A stretch of 64,000 nucleotides of DNA from a virus. Every line of letters begins with the position of its first letter. The first letter of the stretch is position 1. This document shows positions 43,821-53,610 of this stretch, piece after piece. A program made the position numbers and the translations under genes. Location: IMG/VR virus record IMGVR_UViG_3300037493_002420, positions 4,461 through 68,460 of that record, one strand, 5' to 3'. Below the pieces are notes generated by a model, which was not told where the DNA came from, made no database searches, and was given only the letters and a program-made list of their open reading frames with translations.

Positions 43821-43979
43821 TTATCTATTTTTAATTGTAAAGTTTAATATTGTTAGCATGTAAAATTCTCTAGATATGTCTATTTCTAAAGTAAATACAT
43901 CTATAGCACCTAATCTACATCTAATAGCAATCTTATCCCATTGTTTGTTTTTAGTTCTCCAACTATTTCTGATTTTCAT
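43821..43979 (-). CDS. Small hypothetical protein, 52 aa (not in the ORF track)
   Basis: MKIRNSWRTKNKQWDKIAIRCRLG..; ATGA overlap with the upstream gene. Confidence 0.55.
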   Translation of the reverse strand: MKIRNSWRTKNKQWDKIAIRCRLGAIDVFTLEIDISREFYMLTILNFTIKNR

Positions 43980-44575
43980 ACTAAATCTGTTGTTGTAATT
44001 AATGTATATGTAAATGAGTTACCATGAATAACTTTTGCTTTATTCATAATAACCATAAATTCATTAAAGTCTTTTAATCTTTTAAATACTTGACATCCTT
44101 CTGACCAGTTCTCAACATATTCAGATTGAGTCTTAGGATTAGATCTATGTCCATTAATTCCAAATACTCCCTCAACAACTAAGTTCTCATCAAAAACCAT
44201 ATCCTTGTTTTTATCTCTCCATCCCTTACATGGCTTTACTTGACGCATAGCTTCATATTTTCCTTGGTGAAGACCAATAGCCCACATACCTCTGTATTGA
44301 CCAGGTATTAATCTAAATACACCAGCTGAATTATGAAACTCTTTCATTGCTTTAGTTCCGGGATCTGTTGTAATATCCCATTCATGGAATCTCCAATCTC
44401 CATTTCCATCTTTGTAAGAAAGAGTAAGCTTGTCATCAAAAACATTTGTTACTTTTCTCCCCGGTAATAGATTTCTTACACCAATAATGTTTACATCATA
44501 ACTTTTACAAACATCATCATTAAACCAAACATACCCCTTATCTTTTATGGTATTTTTTATTTGTTCTCCTGTCAT
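43976..44575 (-). CDS. Putative endolysin (YkuD/L,D-transpeptidase-like cysteine enzyme)
   Basis: GINGHR..NWSEGCQV gives the H..SxGC pattern; lies in the holin/spanin cluster. Confidence 0.6.
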   Translation of the reverse strand: MTGEQIKNTIKDKGYVWFNDDVCKSYDVNIIGVRNLLPGRKVTNVFDDKLTLSYKDGNGDWRFHEWDITTDPGTKAMKEFHNSAGVFRLIPGQYRGMWAIGLHQGKYEAMRQVKPCKGWRDKNKDMVFDENLVVEGVFGINGHRSNPKTQSEYVENWSEGCQVFKRLKDFNEFMVIMNKAKVIHGNSFTYTLITTTDLV

Positions 44576-44590
44576 ATTAATATTTATTTA

Positions 44591-45214
44591 TTAACACTTC
44601 TTTTTAACCATTCCACCTTTTTTAGCTTTAGGTGTAGATTTTCTATCTTCTTTTCTATCTTTTCTAGCTTCTTTTCTAGCTTCTTTCTTAGAAAGAGGTA
44701 CAGCAGCTGCAGATTTAACAACTAAGTCAGGAGTAGAGGTACTAGACACACTACCTGCAGCTTTAGTTTTTAACTGTGGTCTATTAGCAATCATATTCAA
44801 ATTTTTCATATTAAAATCTGATTCTGCTTTTACTGCTGCTGAAGTTTTATCATTTTGTACACTACTTGAAGCTGTTCTACTTTTATTTGCAACAGCATTT
44901 AATTTTGCTAAGTTAGCAGCTTCTTTATCTCTTTGAGCTTTTGATGTAGCATCATTCTGTACATTGCTTTTAGGAACTGCTTTTTTAACTACAGGTTTTG
45001 TAACTGTTACTTTTTTAACTCCTATACTAGTAGATGGAAAAGGTTTTCCTGTCATAGGATTATTCTGTGACGTTACTTTTGGATTGTATACTTTTTTTGC
45101 TGGAGTAGCAGTTGCTTTGGACACCATTTTACTTATAGTTTTTCCTGCACCTGTTGCTTTAGTTGTTTTAGTTGTTTTTTTGGGAGCATATATCCCAGTA
45201 GGTTTAATAGGCAT
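44591..45214 (-). CDS. Lys/Ala/Thr-rich histone-H1-like basic protein
   Basis: Composition; duplicated SxVQNDxTSxA; ends AKKGGMVKKKC. Confidence 0.5.
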   Translation of the reverse strand: MPIKPTGIYAPKKTTKTTKATGAGKTISKMVSKATATPAKKVYNPKVTSQNNPMTGKPFPSTSIGVKKVTVTKPVVKKAVPKSNVQNDATSKAQRDKEAANLAKLNAVANKSRTASSSVQNDKTSAAVKAESDFNMKNLNMIANRPQLKTKAAGSVSSTSTPDLVVKSAAAVPLSKKEARKEARKDRKEDRKSTPKAKKGGMVKKKC

Positions 45215-45230
45215 AATATTTAGTTTTAAG

Positions 45231-45734
45231 TTATTTAATAATTAATAGTCCGGTTAATACACCATTTCCAATTAAAGACCAGTTACGTTGTCTTTTAATC
45301 TTCTTTAAGTCAATCTTCTGAACAGTAATAATAGTGTCCTTAGAATTGATAATATAACGTTGTGCATTGATTACACTATCTTGGAGAGTAACCGTGTTTG
45401 TTAAGTGATCTACTTTCTTATATAATACATGGATTAAAGTATCCTGATATTGTACAATTTGAAAAGTATCTCTAGCATTTTTTACTTCTAATAATTTAGC
45501 TTCAAAGTCTTTTTGAAGTAAAGTAATTCTATTGATAATGTTCTTTTCATTACCAATTACTTTTGTCCAAGTTTGGATTTGAGTTTCTTTACCTTGAATT
45601 CTATGTTCAATAGTTTTTTGTTTTGACACAGGGAAGTATTGCTTCTCAGGTTTCAATAATAAAAACACTAACATTACACCTACAGCTAGTGTAAGATAGA
45701 ATTGAATACTTTGTTTAGTCCTTGCTGGTAGCAT
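45231..45734 (-). CDS. Putative spanin-like membrane protein
   Basis: N-terminal TM helix, coiled coil and C-terminal hydrophobic segment; lysis cluster. Confidence 0.45.
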   Translation of the reverse strand: MLPARTKQSIQFYLTLAVGVMLVFLLLKPEKQYFPVSKQKTIEHRIQGKETQIQTWTKVIGNEKNIINRITLLQKDFEAKLLEVKNARDTFQIVQYQDTLIHVLYKKVDHLTNTVTLQDSVINAQRYIINSKDTIITVQKIDLKKIKRQRNWSLIGNGVLTGLLIIK

Positions 45735-45987
45735 CTGTTTTATTTTTATTTACTCCTTTTACTGATTCATAAGCAGCTATTCCTAAGAGAGTTGTCACAA
45801 AGGTAAGTAATTCTGCTAATATAAACTCTACATTACTTGCATTTGTATATCTACACACAATATAAGTAACTAATAACATTGTAATTAATGCTATAAAACG
45901 CTTAGAAGATTCTTGATTTCCTCCTAATGTTAGTTTTCTAAGGTATTCAATCATTTTCTTTATCTTTAATATTATAAATCTTAGCAA
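45715..45987 (-). CDS. Small two-TM holin-like protein
   Basis: SSKR followed by two hydrophobic helices and a basic tail. Confidence 0.55.
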   Translation of the reverse strand: MLRFIILKIKKMIEYLRKLTLGGNQESSKRFIALITMLLVTYIVCRYTNASNVEFILAELLTFVTTLLGIAAYESVKGVNKNKTDATSKD

Positions 45988-46474
45988 GTAGCCTAATTAA
46001 CATAGACTTCTTATCCCATCCTAACCGTATAAAGTTTTCAATATTAGAGCCTAGCAATTGTAAGATTACAAAATTAAGCCAAGCAAAATTAACAAATGCA
46101 TATATATTAAGTTCATATCCTAGTATCTCAGGTGACTTTGCATAATTAGCTAAAATATTTGTGCATCCCAACATAATCCAATATACAGCAAGTTTTAACC
46201 AACCTTTTCCAAATAGTTCAGAACTCCATCTCATACCTTCTTTTTTAGAAGCTTTGATGCCTGTACGCATTTCAAGAAAAAATAATATAATAATTACCAT
46301 GCCAACTGGTAATTCAAATCCAAACATTACTTTAAAGTAATAAGCTATAATAGCTAATGTCATACTTATTGATGCAGCTTGTGTTGCAAAATCAGGATGA
46401 AAGGCACTATTAACGAAATGCGTAGTGTCTCTATATCCACTTGATTGTACAATAAGAGTGAGTAATTTTATCAT
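45947..46474 (-). CDS. Holin-like membrane protein
   Basis: 3-4 TM segments; TGIKAS..S..FGK..K..SNIEN pattern of phage holin family 4. Confidence 0.65.
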   Translation of the reverse strand: MIKLLTLIVQSSGYRDTTHFVNSAFHPDFATQAASISMTLAIIAYYFKVMFGFELPVGMVIIILFFLEMRTGIKASKKEGMRWSSELFGKGWLKLAVYWIMLGCTNILANYAKSPEILGYELNIYAFVNFAWLNFVILQLLGSNIENFIRLGWDKKSMLIRLLAKIYNIKDKEND

Positions 46475-46752
46475 AACATTCCTATAAATAAATCAAACAT
46501 ACTAGACAAGCTAGTAGGAGTTGAGCCATTAACTTCACTTATAGGATAACTTTGTTGAGAACCATCGAGATTTAAATTAAACTGCTTACCCAAAGCACCT
46601 GTACCAATAATCCTATCATTATACAATGAACTATTATTAATGCCTGGATAATTTTTTGGTATAAACATTTTAAGAGCAAATGTTTCTCCTGAACCAGCAA
46701 TAACTGAAGAATCAAAGACTATTCCATTAGTTAATTGTATTATTTTTACCAT
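46471..46752 (-). CDS. Hypothetical protein
   Basis: 93-aa ORF coupled to its neighbours. Confidence 0.55.
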   Translation of the reverse strand: MVKIIQLTNGIVFDSSVIAGSGETFALKMFIPKNYPGINNSSLYNDRIIGTGALGKQFNLNLDGSQQSYPISEVNGSTPTSLSSMFDLFIGML

Positions 46753-46754
46753 GA

Positions 46755-48074
46755 TTAGAATTCTTTACAATTGATTACCCCGTTTACTGTTTGGTTATTT
46801 GTTGTAGGCATATAAGCCAAAACATATTCATCCATTGTATTATTCAATGATGAAGATAAGAAAGATAAAAAGTTTTCTTTCATTACGTCTGTAGATCCTG
46901 TCGTTCCAGTACCAATAGGCAATGCTGCTAATACCTTTCCTGTTCCTACTGTAATTGTAGGAGGAGTTGCAGGAGCAGTAGGACTTCCATCTTGAAGCTT
47001 ACCATTATTAACATAGGTAAGACCTGCAGATAAAGTTGGGTTTTTATATAATAGGATTATCCCTGCATCTGTAGTAGCTGTAATAGCCACAGCTATAGCT
47101 AGAATTTGAACAGGAATATCTCTAAATGCTACTTGCTTTTTAAGCCCTTTTAAAGCATACACTGTACCAATAGAGTTAGTAGTTACAGAAGTATAATTTA
47201 AAATAGCTACAGTTTTTCCTGCTTCGTCAATAGAACCTTCTGTTGCAATTTGAGAACAGATATAATGTAAAGAACCTGCTCCTCCTGTACTACGTACTTC
47301 ATACCTTAAAGGTTGATTTGGAGATAACATGAAAGTATCAGTGTCTGTTCCTGAGTAATTAAATGTATGAAGTAATACAAATCCTAATTCAGTCTTTAAC
47401 CAAAGTCTAAGTACTGCTCCTCCTAACCAAAGAAAGTCAACAGCAAATACAGTGAAATTAGCATAATCATATGTAGATACTGAAGCATAATTGTCCATAG
47501 CTGTAAGAGCTTTAGACATTTTCACAGTACCATTGTTGTAGATATAGAAAGTCTTTACTCCTGCAACATCTTCCATAAAGAACCCATCAAAGTTTGAAGC
47601 AAATGGAGCAACAGCATTGGATGAGAAATATCCCATTCTTTTTGTGACTCCTGCTTCTCCTTGAAAAGTATCACAAGTCATTTCAACTAGTTGTACTTTA
47701 CCTGAAAAGTAGGGATAAAATCTCATACTTTGACGTATGATGTATTGACCTGCTGTTACAACTAAGTTAACTTTGCTTGCTCCATAAGTGGCCGAACCTG
47801 TTCCATTATTCTCAAATAAATCTGTGTCATCCTGACCTAATATTTTACCATCAAGCAGAGTAGTTATTTGCGCAATTCTGGTTCTTCCGCCAGCATCTAT
47901 ACCAAAGTTACCTATACTTGTATTAAAGGTTACAGGAATAGCTGATTGATCAGAAGCAATAGTAACTGGAATAGAGTTAGCCATTGTGTCTTGACCCGGT
48001 TGAAGATTATCAGTATTAGTTTTTACTAATGCCTGTGTAGCTTCTTTATTGGTATCTTGAGGTATCTTTAACAT
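46755..48074 (-). CDS. Fibre/spike-like protein with beta-sandwich domain
   Basis: YFSGK, DFLWLGGAVLR and PNQPLRYE motifs; N-terminal GQxTMxNSxPVxIASDQ. Confidence 0.5.
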   Translation of the reverse strand: MLKIPQDTNKEATQALVKTNTDNLQPGQDTMANSIPVTIASDQSAIPVTFNTSIGNFGIDAGGRTRIAQITTLLDGKILGQDDTDLFENNGTGSATYGASKVNLVVTAGQYIIRQSMRFYPYFSGKVQLVEMTCDTFQGEAGVTKRMGYFSSNAVAPFASNFDGFFMEDVAGVKTFYIYNNGTVKMSKALTAMDNYASVSTYDYANFTVFAVDFLWLGGAVLRLWLKTELGFVLLHTFNYSGTDTDTFMLSPNQPLRYEVRSTGGAGSLHYICSQIATEGSIDEAGKTVAILNYTSVTTNSIGTVYALKGLKKQVAFRDIPVQILAIAVAITATTDAGIILLYKNPTLSAGLTYVNNGKLQDGSPTAPATPPTITVGTGKVLAALPIGTGTTGSTDVMKENFLSFLSSSLNNTMDEYVLAYMPTTNNQTVNGVINCKEF

Positions 48075-48076
48075 AA

Positions 48077-48823
48077 TTATACTAATTTATCAAGTTCAAT
48101 ACTTCCTGCAGTAATTGTATAAGGAATTGCAGGTAAAGTTTTAGATGGTGATGCTTCAAATACATATTGAGTAGAAGCAGTTCTTGCAATACCGTTAATT
48201 GTTCCTGTGAATCCAACAGATGTTACAAAAGATACTACGGCAGCTCCTGCTGTTACTGATCCACCTGCTACTTCTATAGAAGATGTTAAAACTTGAGCAC
48301 CTCCCCCAGAAAGAGTTACCGGTACTGCTGTTTGATCAGAAGCAATCACTACAGGCACTGAATTTACCATAGTTGTTTGTCCTAAAGCAGCTGCAGTTCC
48401 TGCGTCAATAGAATTAAGTATAAGAGTCTGTGCTTGAATAGCTGCTAAGATCATTCCTAATACTCCAGTAGGATCTGCAAATTGCAAACATCCAGGAGTA
48501 CCAAAACCAACTGGCACTACAGCAACAGAACTACCCGGTACATAATAAGTTATTGGTCCCCATGTTCCTGAATCTGTATCCCATACTCTTACTTCCAGAT
48601 AAATCTTATCTGAATCACAAGTATCTGTTACAAATTTGGCTTCATACTCCGTACCATCTTGTAGGGAAGTCAGGATAGCAGTTAATAAAAACTCTACATT
48701 ATCTGTGTTACCTGCAATAGCTGTGAGTTCATCACACGCACATTGCTGACCCATCAGCATTCTTATTTGCCAAGGAAAGTTTGTCCCTTTACCACCTTGT
48801 GTTTTTAAATCTCCTATTGACAT
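48077..48823 (-). CDS. Fibre-like virion protein
   Basis: MSIGDLKTQGGKGTNFPWQ start; shares GQxTMxNSxPVxIASDQ with the next gene. Confidence 0.5.
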   Translation of the reverse strand: MSIGDLKTQGGKGTNFPWQIRMLMGQQCACDELTAIAGNTDNVEFLLTAILTSLQDGTEYEAKFVTDTCDSDKIYLEVRVWDTDSGTWGPITYYVPGSSVAVVPVGFGTPGCLQFADPTGVLGMILAAIQAQTLILNSIDAGTAAALGQTTMVNSVPVVIASDQTAVPVTLSGGGAQVLTSSIEVAGGSVTAGAAVVSFVTSVGFTGTINGIARTASTQYVFEASPSKTLPAIPYTITAGSIELDKLV

Positions 48824-48828
48824 AGCTT

Positions 48829-49140
48829 CTAGTTATTAAATATTTTTACAAGATCATCTATCTTTTTTTTATCATCTAAAGATAATATTTCATAATCTAT
48901 AATCATTGTGTCTAATTCAACATCTAAAGGAGTAACCCTGTTTGCTTCTAATGAATAAGGAGTATTTAATATTGTAAGAGACATATAGTTTCCTGTGAAA
49001 TTAAAAAAAGTATTATAATCAACTTTTAATGATGTGCTTAATGTATTTGCATCAATATTTTGATCTGTATTATTGTACAAGCCCATTAGTACATTTGTGT
49101 CTTGTGGAGCATTTGATCCACTAATTATATTTATTTCCAT
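48829..49140 (-). CDS. Hypothetical protein (possible fibre chaperone)
   Basis: 103-aa acidic ORF after a beta-helix-like gene. Confidence 0.45.
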   Translation of the reverse strand: MEINIISGSNAPQDTNVLMGLYNNTDQNIDANTLSTSLKVDYNTFFNFTGNYMSLTILNTPYSLEANRVTPLDVELDTMIIDYEILSLDDKKKIDDLVKIFNN

Positions 49141-49143
49141 AAT

Positions 49144-50592
49144 TTAAAATTTAGGTGTTTTCAATAAAGGATCATAAATGAATCCTTGAGCAAGTTCATT
49201 TGCTACATTAGAATTTAATTTAAGATTTGAAACACAGTTAGTAAATTGATCCAATGTACCAGCAACAGTTGCATTAATAAAGTTAAGCACACCTCCTGCT
49301 GTAATTCCTTCTGATTGCACGTTCAACATGTATATTTTACTTGTATTGCTTAACTGTGATATTACATCAGAGTTAAACTGATTGTTAAGGGAATAGTTTT
49401 GAATCCAAAGATTTCCTGTGCTTGTGATATAAATAACATTTAAAGCACCAATAACATCTTTTAGACAAGCTATTCCATTTCTTAAATATATTGAAGCTGT
49501 AGAAGCTAATACTACCGGTATATAATTAGAAAAAATAGAACCGTTTACAATTATTTTTGCCTTTACTGAACTACTAGCTTGAAAAATTCCTCTAATATCA
49601 TTTGAGTAAATATTACCGTTTATATTTATCGTAGCACCACAACCTAAAAATTGTAAAACAAGAGCTGTAGAACTTCCTAAGTTAGGAGTCTCACTTATTA
49701 AATCACCATTAATAGTAAAATTGCTGTTATCTGTTCCAGCGTTAGTATACACTAAACATTTAAATCCTCCACCGTAAAGGTTGTATGCAGTAAGTATATT
49801 TTTTGGACAATTAATTAAAACATTTCCCACATGAGCAGCACGTATATCATGAGATACTTGGTTTGATTTAATGTAATTTTTTACATTAACAGTACCATTA
49901 CAATTATTTCTCCAACTAAATGCATAACCATTTCCTAGAGTTTGAGATGACTCCATTGAATTGAAATTGTAAGTAACATTTGATGTTCCAACTACAACAT
50001 TATAGCATATAGAAATTGCTCCCATATTTATAAATGAATCTCCTTCAACTAAAATAGTACTTGCATTAACCCAAATAAAAGCATTTGAACTCATGCCTAA
50101 ATTCCATTTAGCATAACCATACCAATTGAAATTTGTAGCACCAACAACTTGATCTGTTAAGGTAAAGTAGTTATTAAAAACAACTCCTGGCTCACAGTAA
50201 ACATCAACGTTGTTATAAGCATTAGCTTGTACTGAAAGATAAACTCCTTTACGAATCCAAACCATTGCTCTTCTAAGAGATGTTGGAGCAAGTGCATTAG
50301 CTGCACTTAAAGCATTTGTTATTGTTTTATATGGTTTTGTAAAATCTCCAGGCATTGCTGTAGCATTATCACCTTGTACAGGATCTACAAAACAAACATT
50401 TGAATAATTTACTGTACTTGATCCACCACCTATAGCTGCAATAAAATCTTCTACACTAATAGCAGTAGGTTTATAACTACCACCATATCTTGGATCTCTA
50501 GTACCTAATGGAATTAAGTCACTATTTTCTGGTACTTTCTTTATCATCTTTCCTGTGATGATATTAAAGAAATTTGTAAGGTTATTTAACAT
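49144..50592 (-). CDS. Beta-helix tailspike/fibre-like protein
   Basis: FVDP..GD..KPYKTI..A..G.Y start typical of parallel beta-helix proteins; Asn/Gly/Ile-rich. Confidence 0.6.
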   Translation of the reverse strand: MLNNLTNFFNIITGKMIKKVPENSDLIPLGTRDPRYGGSYKPTAISVEDFIAAIGGGSSTVNYSNVCFVDPVQGDNATAMPGDFTKPYKTITNALSAANALAPTSLRRAMVWIRKGVYLSVQANAYNNVDVYCEPGVVFNNYFTLTDQVVGATNFNWYGYAKWNLGMSSNAFIWVNASTILVEGDSFINMGAISICYNVVVGTSNVTYNFNSMESSQTLGNGYAFSWRNNCNGTVNVKNYIKSNQVSHDIRAAHVGNVLINCPKNILTAYNLYGGGFKCLVYTNAGTDNSNFTINGDLISETPNLGSSTALVLQFLGCGATININGNIYSNDIRGIFQASSSVKAKIIVNGSIFSNYIPVVLASTASIYLRNGIACLKDVIGALNVIYITSTGNLWIQNYSLNNQFNSDVISQLSNTSKIYMLNVQSEGITAGGVLNFINATVAGTLDQFTNCVSNLKLNSNVANELAQGFIYDPLLKTPKF

Positions 50593-50595
50593 GAT

Positions 50596-51132
50596 TTAAA
50601 AATTATAAAGCTCATAATATAAATACATTTTTCCTTTAAATTGACTAAGTCCTGCTACTGCTGGATTAGCATTAAAAATATTAAAGTTAGAACCAACTAT
50701 AGCTCCTGTAGATAATACATATGGTATAAACGTATCATCTGCATGAGGATTATAGTATACTGAAAACTGCATATAAATTTTATCTAGATCAGTAAAATCC
50801 ATATCTGCGTTTGTAATAGTTAATCCTACTGAACCAACAAATGCTGGTTTTGGTGAAGTTATTGTTTTATCCATAGCAATTTGAATTACTCCTTTTTGAG
50901 TAGTAACATCTACTACACTAGTAACAGCTAAATCTACAGTATAATAACCAGTATTTGCAACATCTCCAGCAACTGACAAATCTTGAATTGTCATTGCATA
51001 AGTTTGATACTTATCTCCCCTTTTTATAAAAGTTGCATCAGCACCTACTGCTACTAAATCTGTTGAAGCATTATTTGCTTTTGTTCTAATTAACTTAGTT
51101 TTCTGTAAGTAGAACCAATTTAAAATATCCAT
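50596..51132 (-). CDS. Fibre-like protein with MDILNW adaptor module
   Basis: About 50 N-terminal residues shared with 51152-52303. Confidence 0.55.
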   Translation of the reverse strand: MDILNWFYLQKTKLIRTKANNASTDLVAVGADATFIKRGDKYQTYAMTIQDLSVAGDVANTGYYTVDLAVTSVVDVTTQKGVIQIAMDKTITSPKPAFVGSVGLTITNADMDFTDLDKIYMQFSVYYNPHADDTFIPYVLSTGAIVGSNFNIFNANPAVAGLSQFKGKMYLYYELYNF

Positions 51133-51151
51133 TATCTAAGTATTTAAAAAT

Positions 51152-52303
51152 TTATACTGCTGTAAATGCTGTATCAATTGGAACAATTCCTGCTCCCATT
51201 ACTGCATCAATTGTATCTGTTGTACCTGGGAAGAATGCATTATAAGCATAATACAATGCTGAACCTAATACACCATGCACTGCACGTGAATTAGCATTAG
51301 TTGCACTAACTTGAAACAAACATTGTCCTACTGAAGCAACCCCACCAGCATCATGTAGCCATACTCCGTAACATTCAGTTGCACCAAAGTTATTAGAGAT
51401 AGTTGACTGAGTTACAGCAAGTGTTCCATTACCATATACTTCTAGACAAGTTTCTCCATTTGCATCTAACTCAGACTGTGAGAAAGCTAATGTAGCTCCT
51501 GCCTGTACAGCAGCAACTTGAGTAGCTCCTGAAGTTTCAACTAAAGTAAAGTCCGCAGTTCCCTTAACAATATTAAAACAGTATACATCACCTGTACCAT
51601 TATGACTTACTTTAATTTGAGAACCGTGACAACGAGACTTAGCACCATCAGATAATCTTACTCCTGTGTTATTACATAAGATACCTGTACCTGTTCCACC
51701 AACTTGAACCCACATGTTTTCCAAAGATAAACGTTGAGCATTAGCACCGGTAAATACGATACCATTGTTACTTCCTCCAGGTGCAATTGTAAGACCTTGA
51801 ATAGAGAAATGATTATTATCTAAAGCACTAGTTGTAGTATCAGCACCATTTACAGTAATTGTTCCAAATACATAAATAGGAGCATGAATAGATCCATTCT
51901 CACCCACTAAGAAAATATGTCCTTTTGTAAGACTAATGTTTTCTGTTAAAGATCCTTGAATACGAATAAAAATAGGATTGTCTTCTGCTGGTAAGATTGT
52001 TCCTGCAGTTATCAAGGCATCAATTGCAGCTTGTGCTTCAGCAACTGTTTTAAATGGAGTAACAATACTACCATTAGCTACATAAGTATCCTCTCTATTT
52101 GGATCAACAAAGAATTGATTTGTTGGGTTGTATAATAAGTCAGCTTTGAAATCTTGTACTGTCATACCATATGTCAAGTACTTGTCTCCTCTTTTTGCAA
52201 AAGTTGCGTCTCCACCTAATGCTATAAGATTAGTATCTTTATTTGCAACGGTAGTTCTTACTAACCCGTTTTTGTTTAGGTATAGCCAGTTTAAAATATC
52301 CAT
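51152..52303 (-). CDS. Beta-helix fibre-like protein with MDILNW adaptor module
   Basis: FFVDPNR..GS..PFKTVAEA beta-helix start; likely start at MDILNW. Confidence 0.55.
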   Translation of the reverse strand: MDILNWLYLNKNGLVRTTVANKDTNLIALGGDATFAKRGDKYLTYGMTVQDFKADLLYNPTNQFFVDPNREDTYVANGSIVTPFKTVAEAQAAIDALITAGTILPAEDNPIFIRIQGSLTENISLTKGHIFLVGENGSIHAPIYVFGTITVNGADTTTSALDNNHFSIQGLTIAPGGSNNGIVFTGANAQRLSLENMWVQVGGTGTGILCNNTGVRLSDGAKSRCHGSQIKVSHNGTGDVYCFNIVKGTADFTLVETSGATQVAAVQAGATLAFSQSELDANGETCLEVYGNGTLAVTQSTISNNFGATECYGVWLHDAGGVASVGQCLFQVSATNANSRAVHGVLGSALYYAYNAFFPGTTDTIDAVMGAGIVPIDTAFTAV

Positions 52304-52356
52304 GATTATTACATAATTAGTTATATTATTAATATACAAAAAATTTACATAAAAAC

Positions 52357-52386
52357 AAAATCCCTAGAAACATATTTTCCAGGGAT
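52357..52386 (-). terminator. Putative intrinsic terminator
   Basis: ATCCCT..AGGGAT hairpin with a minus-strand U-tract, after groES. Confidence 0.5.
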
Positions 52387-52423
52387 CTTCTTACCTAAGC
52401 GATAACAAAAATTTTAACGTATA

Positions 52424-52431
52424 CAAATATA
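52424..52431 (-). promoter_or_regulatory. Bacteroidota-type -7 promoter element
   Basis: TATATTTG(TA) in the intergenic gap. Confidence 0.4.
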
Positions 52432-52437
52432 ATAATA

Positions 52438-52734
52438 TTACCAGATAATTGCAACATCACCTTCATTTACCATTAATCTGACTTTACCATCAATATCAAT
52501 TTTTTCTGATCTTTCTAAAGATGCATAAGGAATATATACTACATCTCCTGCTACTACATCTGTACATTTATCACCTACAGCATATACAGTTACTTTATTC
52601 CAAACTTTCATAGCTTCATACATAATAGCATCTTCATCTTTTTCTGATAACTTAATGCTTGACTTTGGTTTCTCCGGAACTTCTATAATAATTCTCCAAC
52701 CTCTTAATACTTTAAACTTGCTCATCTTCTCCAT
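52438..52734 (-). CDS. groES: Co-chaperonin GroES-like protein
   Basis: LRGWRIIIE..IKL..VYAVG..V.AGDVV..IDG..MVNEGDVAII. Confidence 0.75.
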   Translation of the reverse strand: MEKMSKFKVLRGWRIIIEVPEKPKSSIKLSEKDEDAIMYEAMKVWNKVTVYAVGDKCTDVVAGDVVYIPYASLERSEKIDIDGKVRLMVNEGDVAIIW

Positions 52735-52987
52735 ATTGTTTTAACGTTAATACTTTTACTACTGACATTTGCGCATTGAGTATCTCTCCTATAGCATGAT
52801 CAAATAATAAACTCTTCATTGGAAATCTACTTTCCGTATAATCCTTTTTTAATATCTCTGCCAACTCAGCACATAGAGTCTTTACTCTAGTAATAGTTGG
52901 ATCTCCTGACGAGTTAAAATCTAACCCCACTAATTGTTCCCCAAAGTTAGGGATTCTTTTTTCATTAACTGTTATTTCTTTTTCCAT
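52712..52987 (-). CDS. Putative Acb2/Tad1-like helical-hairpin nucleotide sponge
   Basis: GEQLVGLDFNSSGD..VKTLCAEL..AIGEILNAQMSVVK resembles the hairpin sponge family (recalled, not searched). Confidence 0.45.
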   Translation of the reverse strand: MEKEITVNEKRIPNFGEQLVGLDFNSSGDPTITRVKTLCAELAEILKKDYTESRFPMKSLLFDHAIGEILNAQMSVVKVLTLKQYGEDEQV

Positions 52988-53001
52988 TATATGTTGGTTT
53001 A

Positions 53002-53256
53002 TTAATTTACTTCTTCATATGTTTCATAAAATACTTCTGGAGACTGTGGATAAAATTGACCATTATATCCTTTAATAATAAAATCTCCTATACGTGCAGT
53101 ATGTGGTCCATGTTCCCCACCCGTAACTGCTAATACGGGTTCATTATTTCTTACATAACTAAAACAAGGTTCACAAAATTCTAACATCTCATTTAAGTTA
53201 TTACCTAACCACTGTACTGCTTCAACCTCAATTGGTTTCTTTCTCCACTTCTTCAT
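53002..53256 (-). CDS. PGDYG-like small phage protein
   Basis: RKKPIEVEAVQW..GDFIIKG..GQFYP..F.ETYE. Confidence 0.65.
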   Translation of the reverse strand: MKKWRKKPIEVEAVQWLGNNLNEMLEFCEPCFSYVRNNEPVLAVTGGEHGPHTARIGDFIIKGYNGQFYPQSPEVFYETYEEVN

Positions 53257-53413
53257 CTGGTTGTGAGTTTAATGTTTGATTAATATATTCTTGAGAGTAT
53301 CCTTCTAATAATAATGCTTGTTCAAAAGCTTTTCTAATACTATAGAAACTATGAGCTTCTTCTGTATCTATATTATATTTAATACCTTGTTTAGTTGTGA
53401 TACTAATAATCAT
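53228..53413 (-). CDS. Hypothetical protein
   Basis: 61 aa, overlaps both neighbours in the operon. Confidence 0.5.
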   Translation of the reverse strand: MIISITTKQGIKYNIDTEEAHSFYSIRKAFEQALLLEGYSQEYINQTLNSQPDEEVEKETN

Positions 53414-53610
53414 GCATCATACTTTTTAGGTGGGATATCTTTCTTAGGACCTTCATCCGTAACTACTATATCACTAAGAAGAGTAAACTTAATTTGTTCT
53501 AAGATTCCTATAAGCATCATTGAGTTTACAGTATCTTCACCTTGGGCTAAGTGTATTTCAAGTTTCCCTGAATCATCTACTGATACATTTAAGATAGTTT
53601 TATTTGACAT
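53410..53610 (-). CDS. Hypothetical protein (likely start MSNKTIL)
   Basis: LIGILEQIKFTLL motif; TAACTTTG element just upstream at 53631-53638. Confidence 0.55.
   Translation of the reverse strand: MSNKTILNVSVDDSGKLEIHLAQGEDTVNSMMLIGILEQIKFTLLSDIVVTDEGPKKDIPPKKYDA

Noticed and set aside
46755-52303. Diversity-generating retroelement acting on fibre genes
   Set aside because: No reverse transcriptase, and no template/variable repeat pair differing only at adenines was seen in the window
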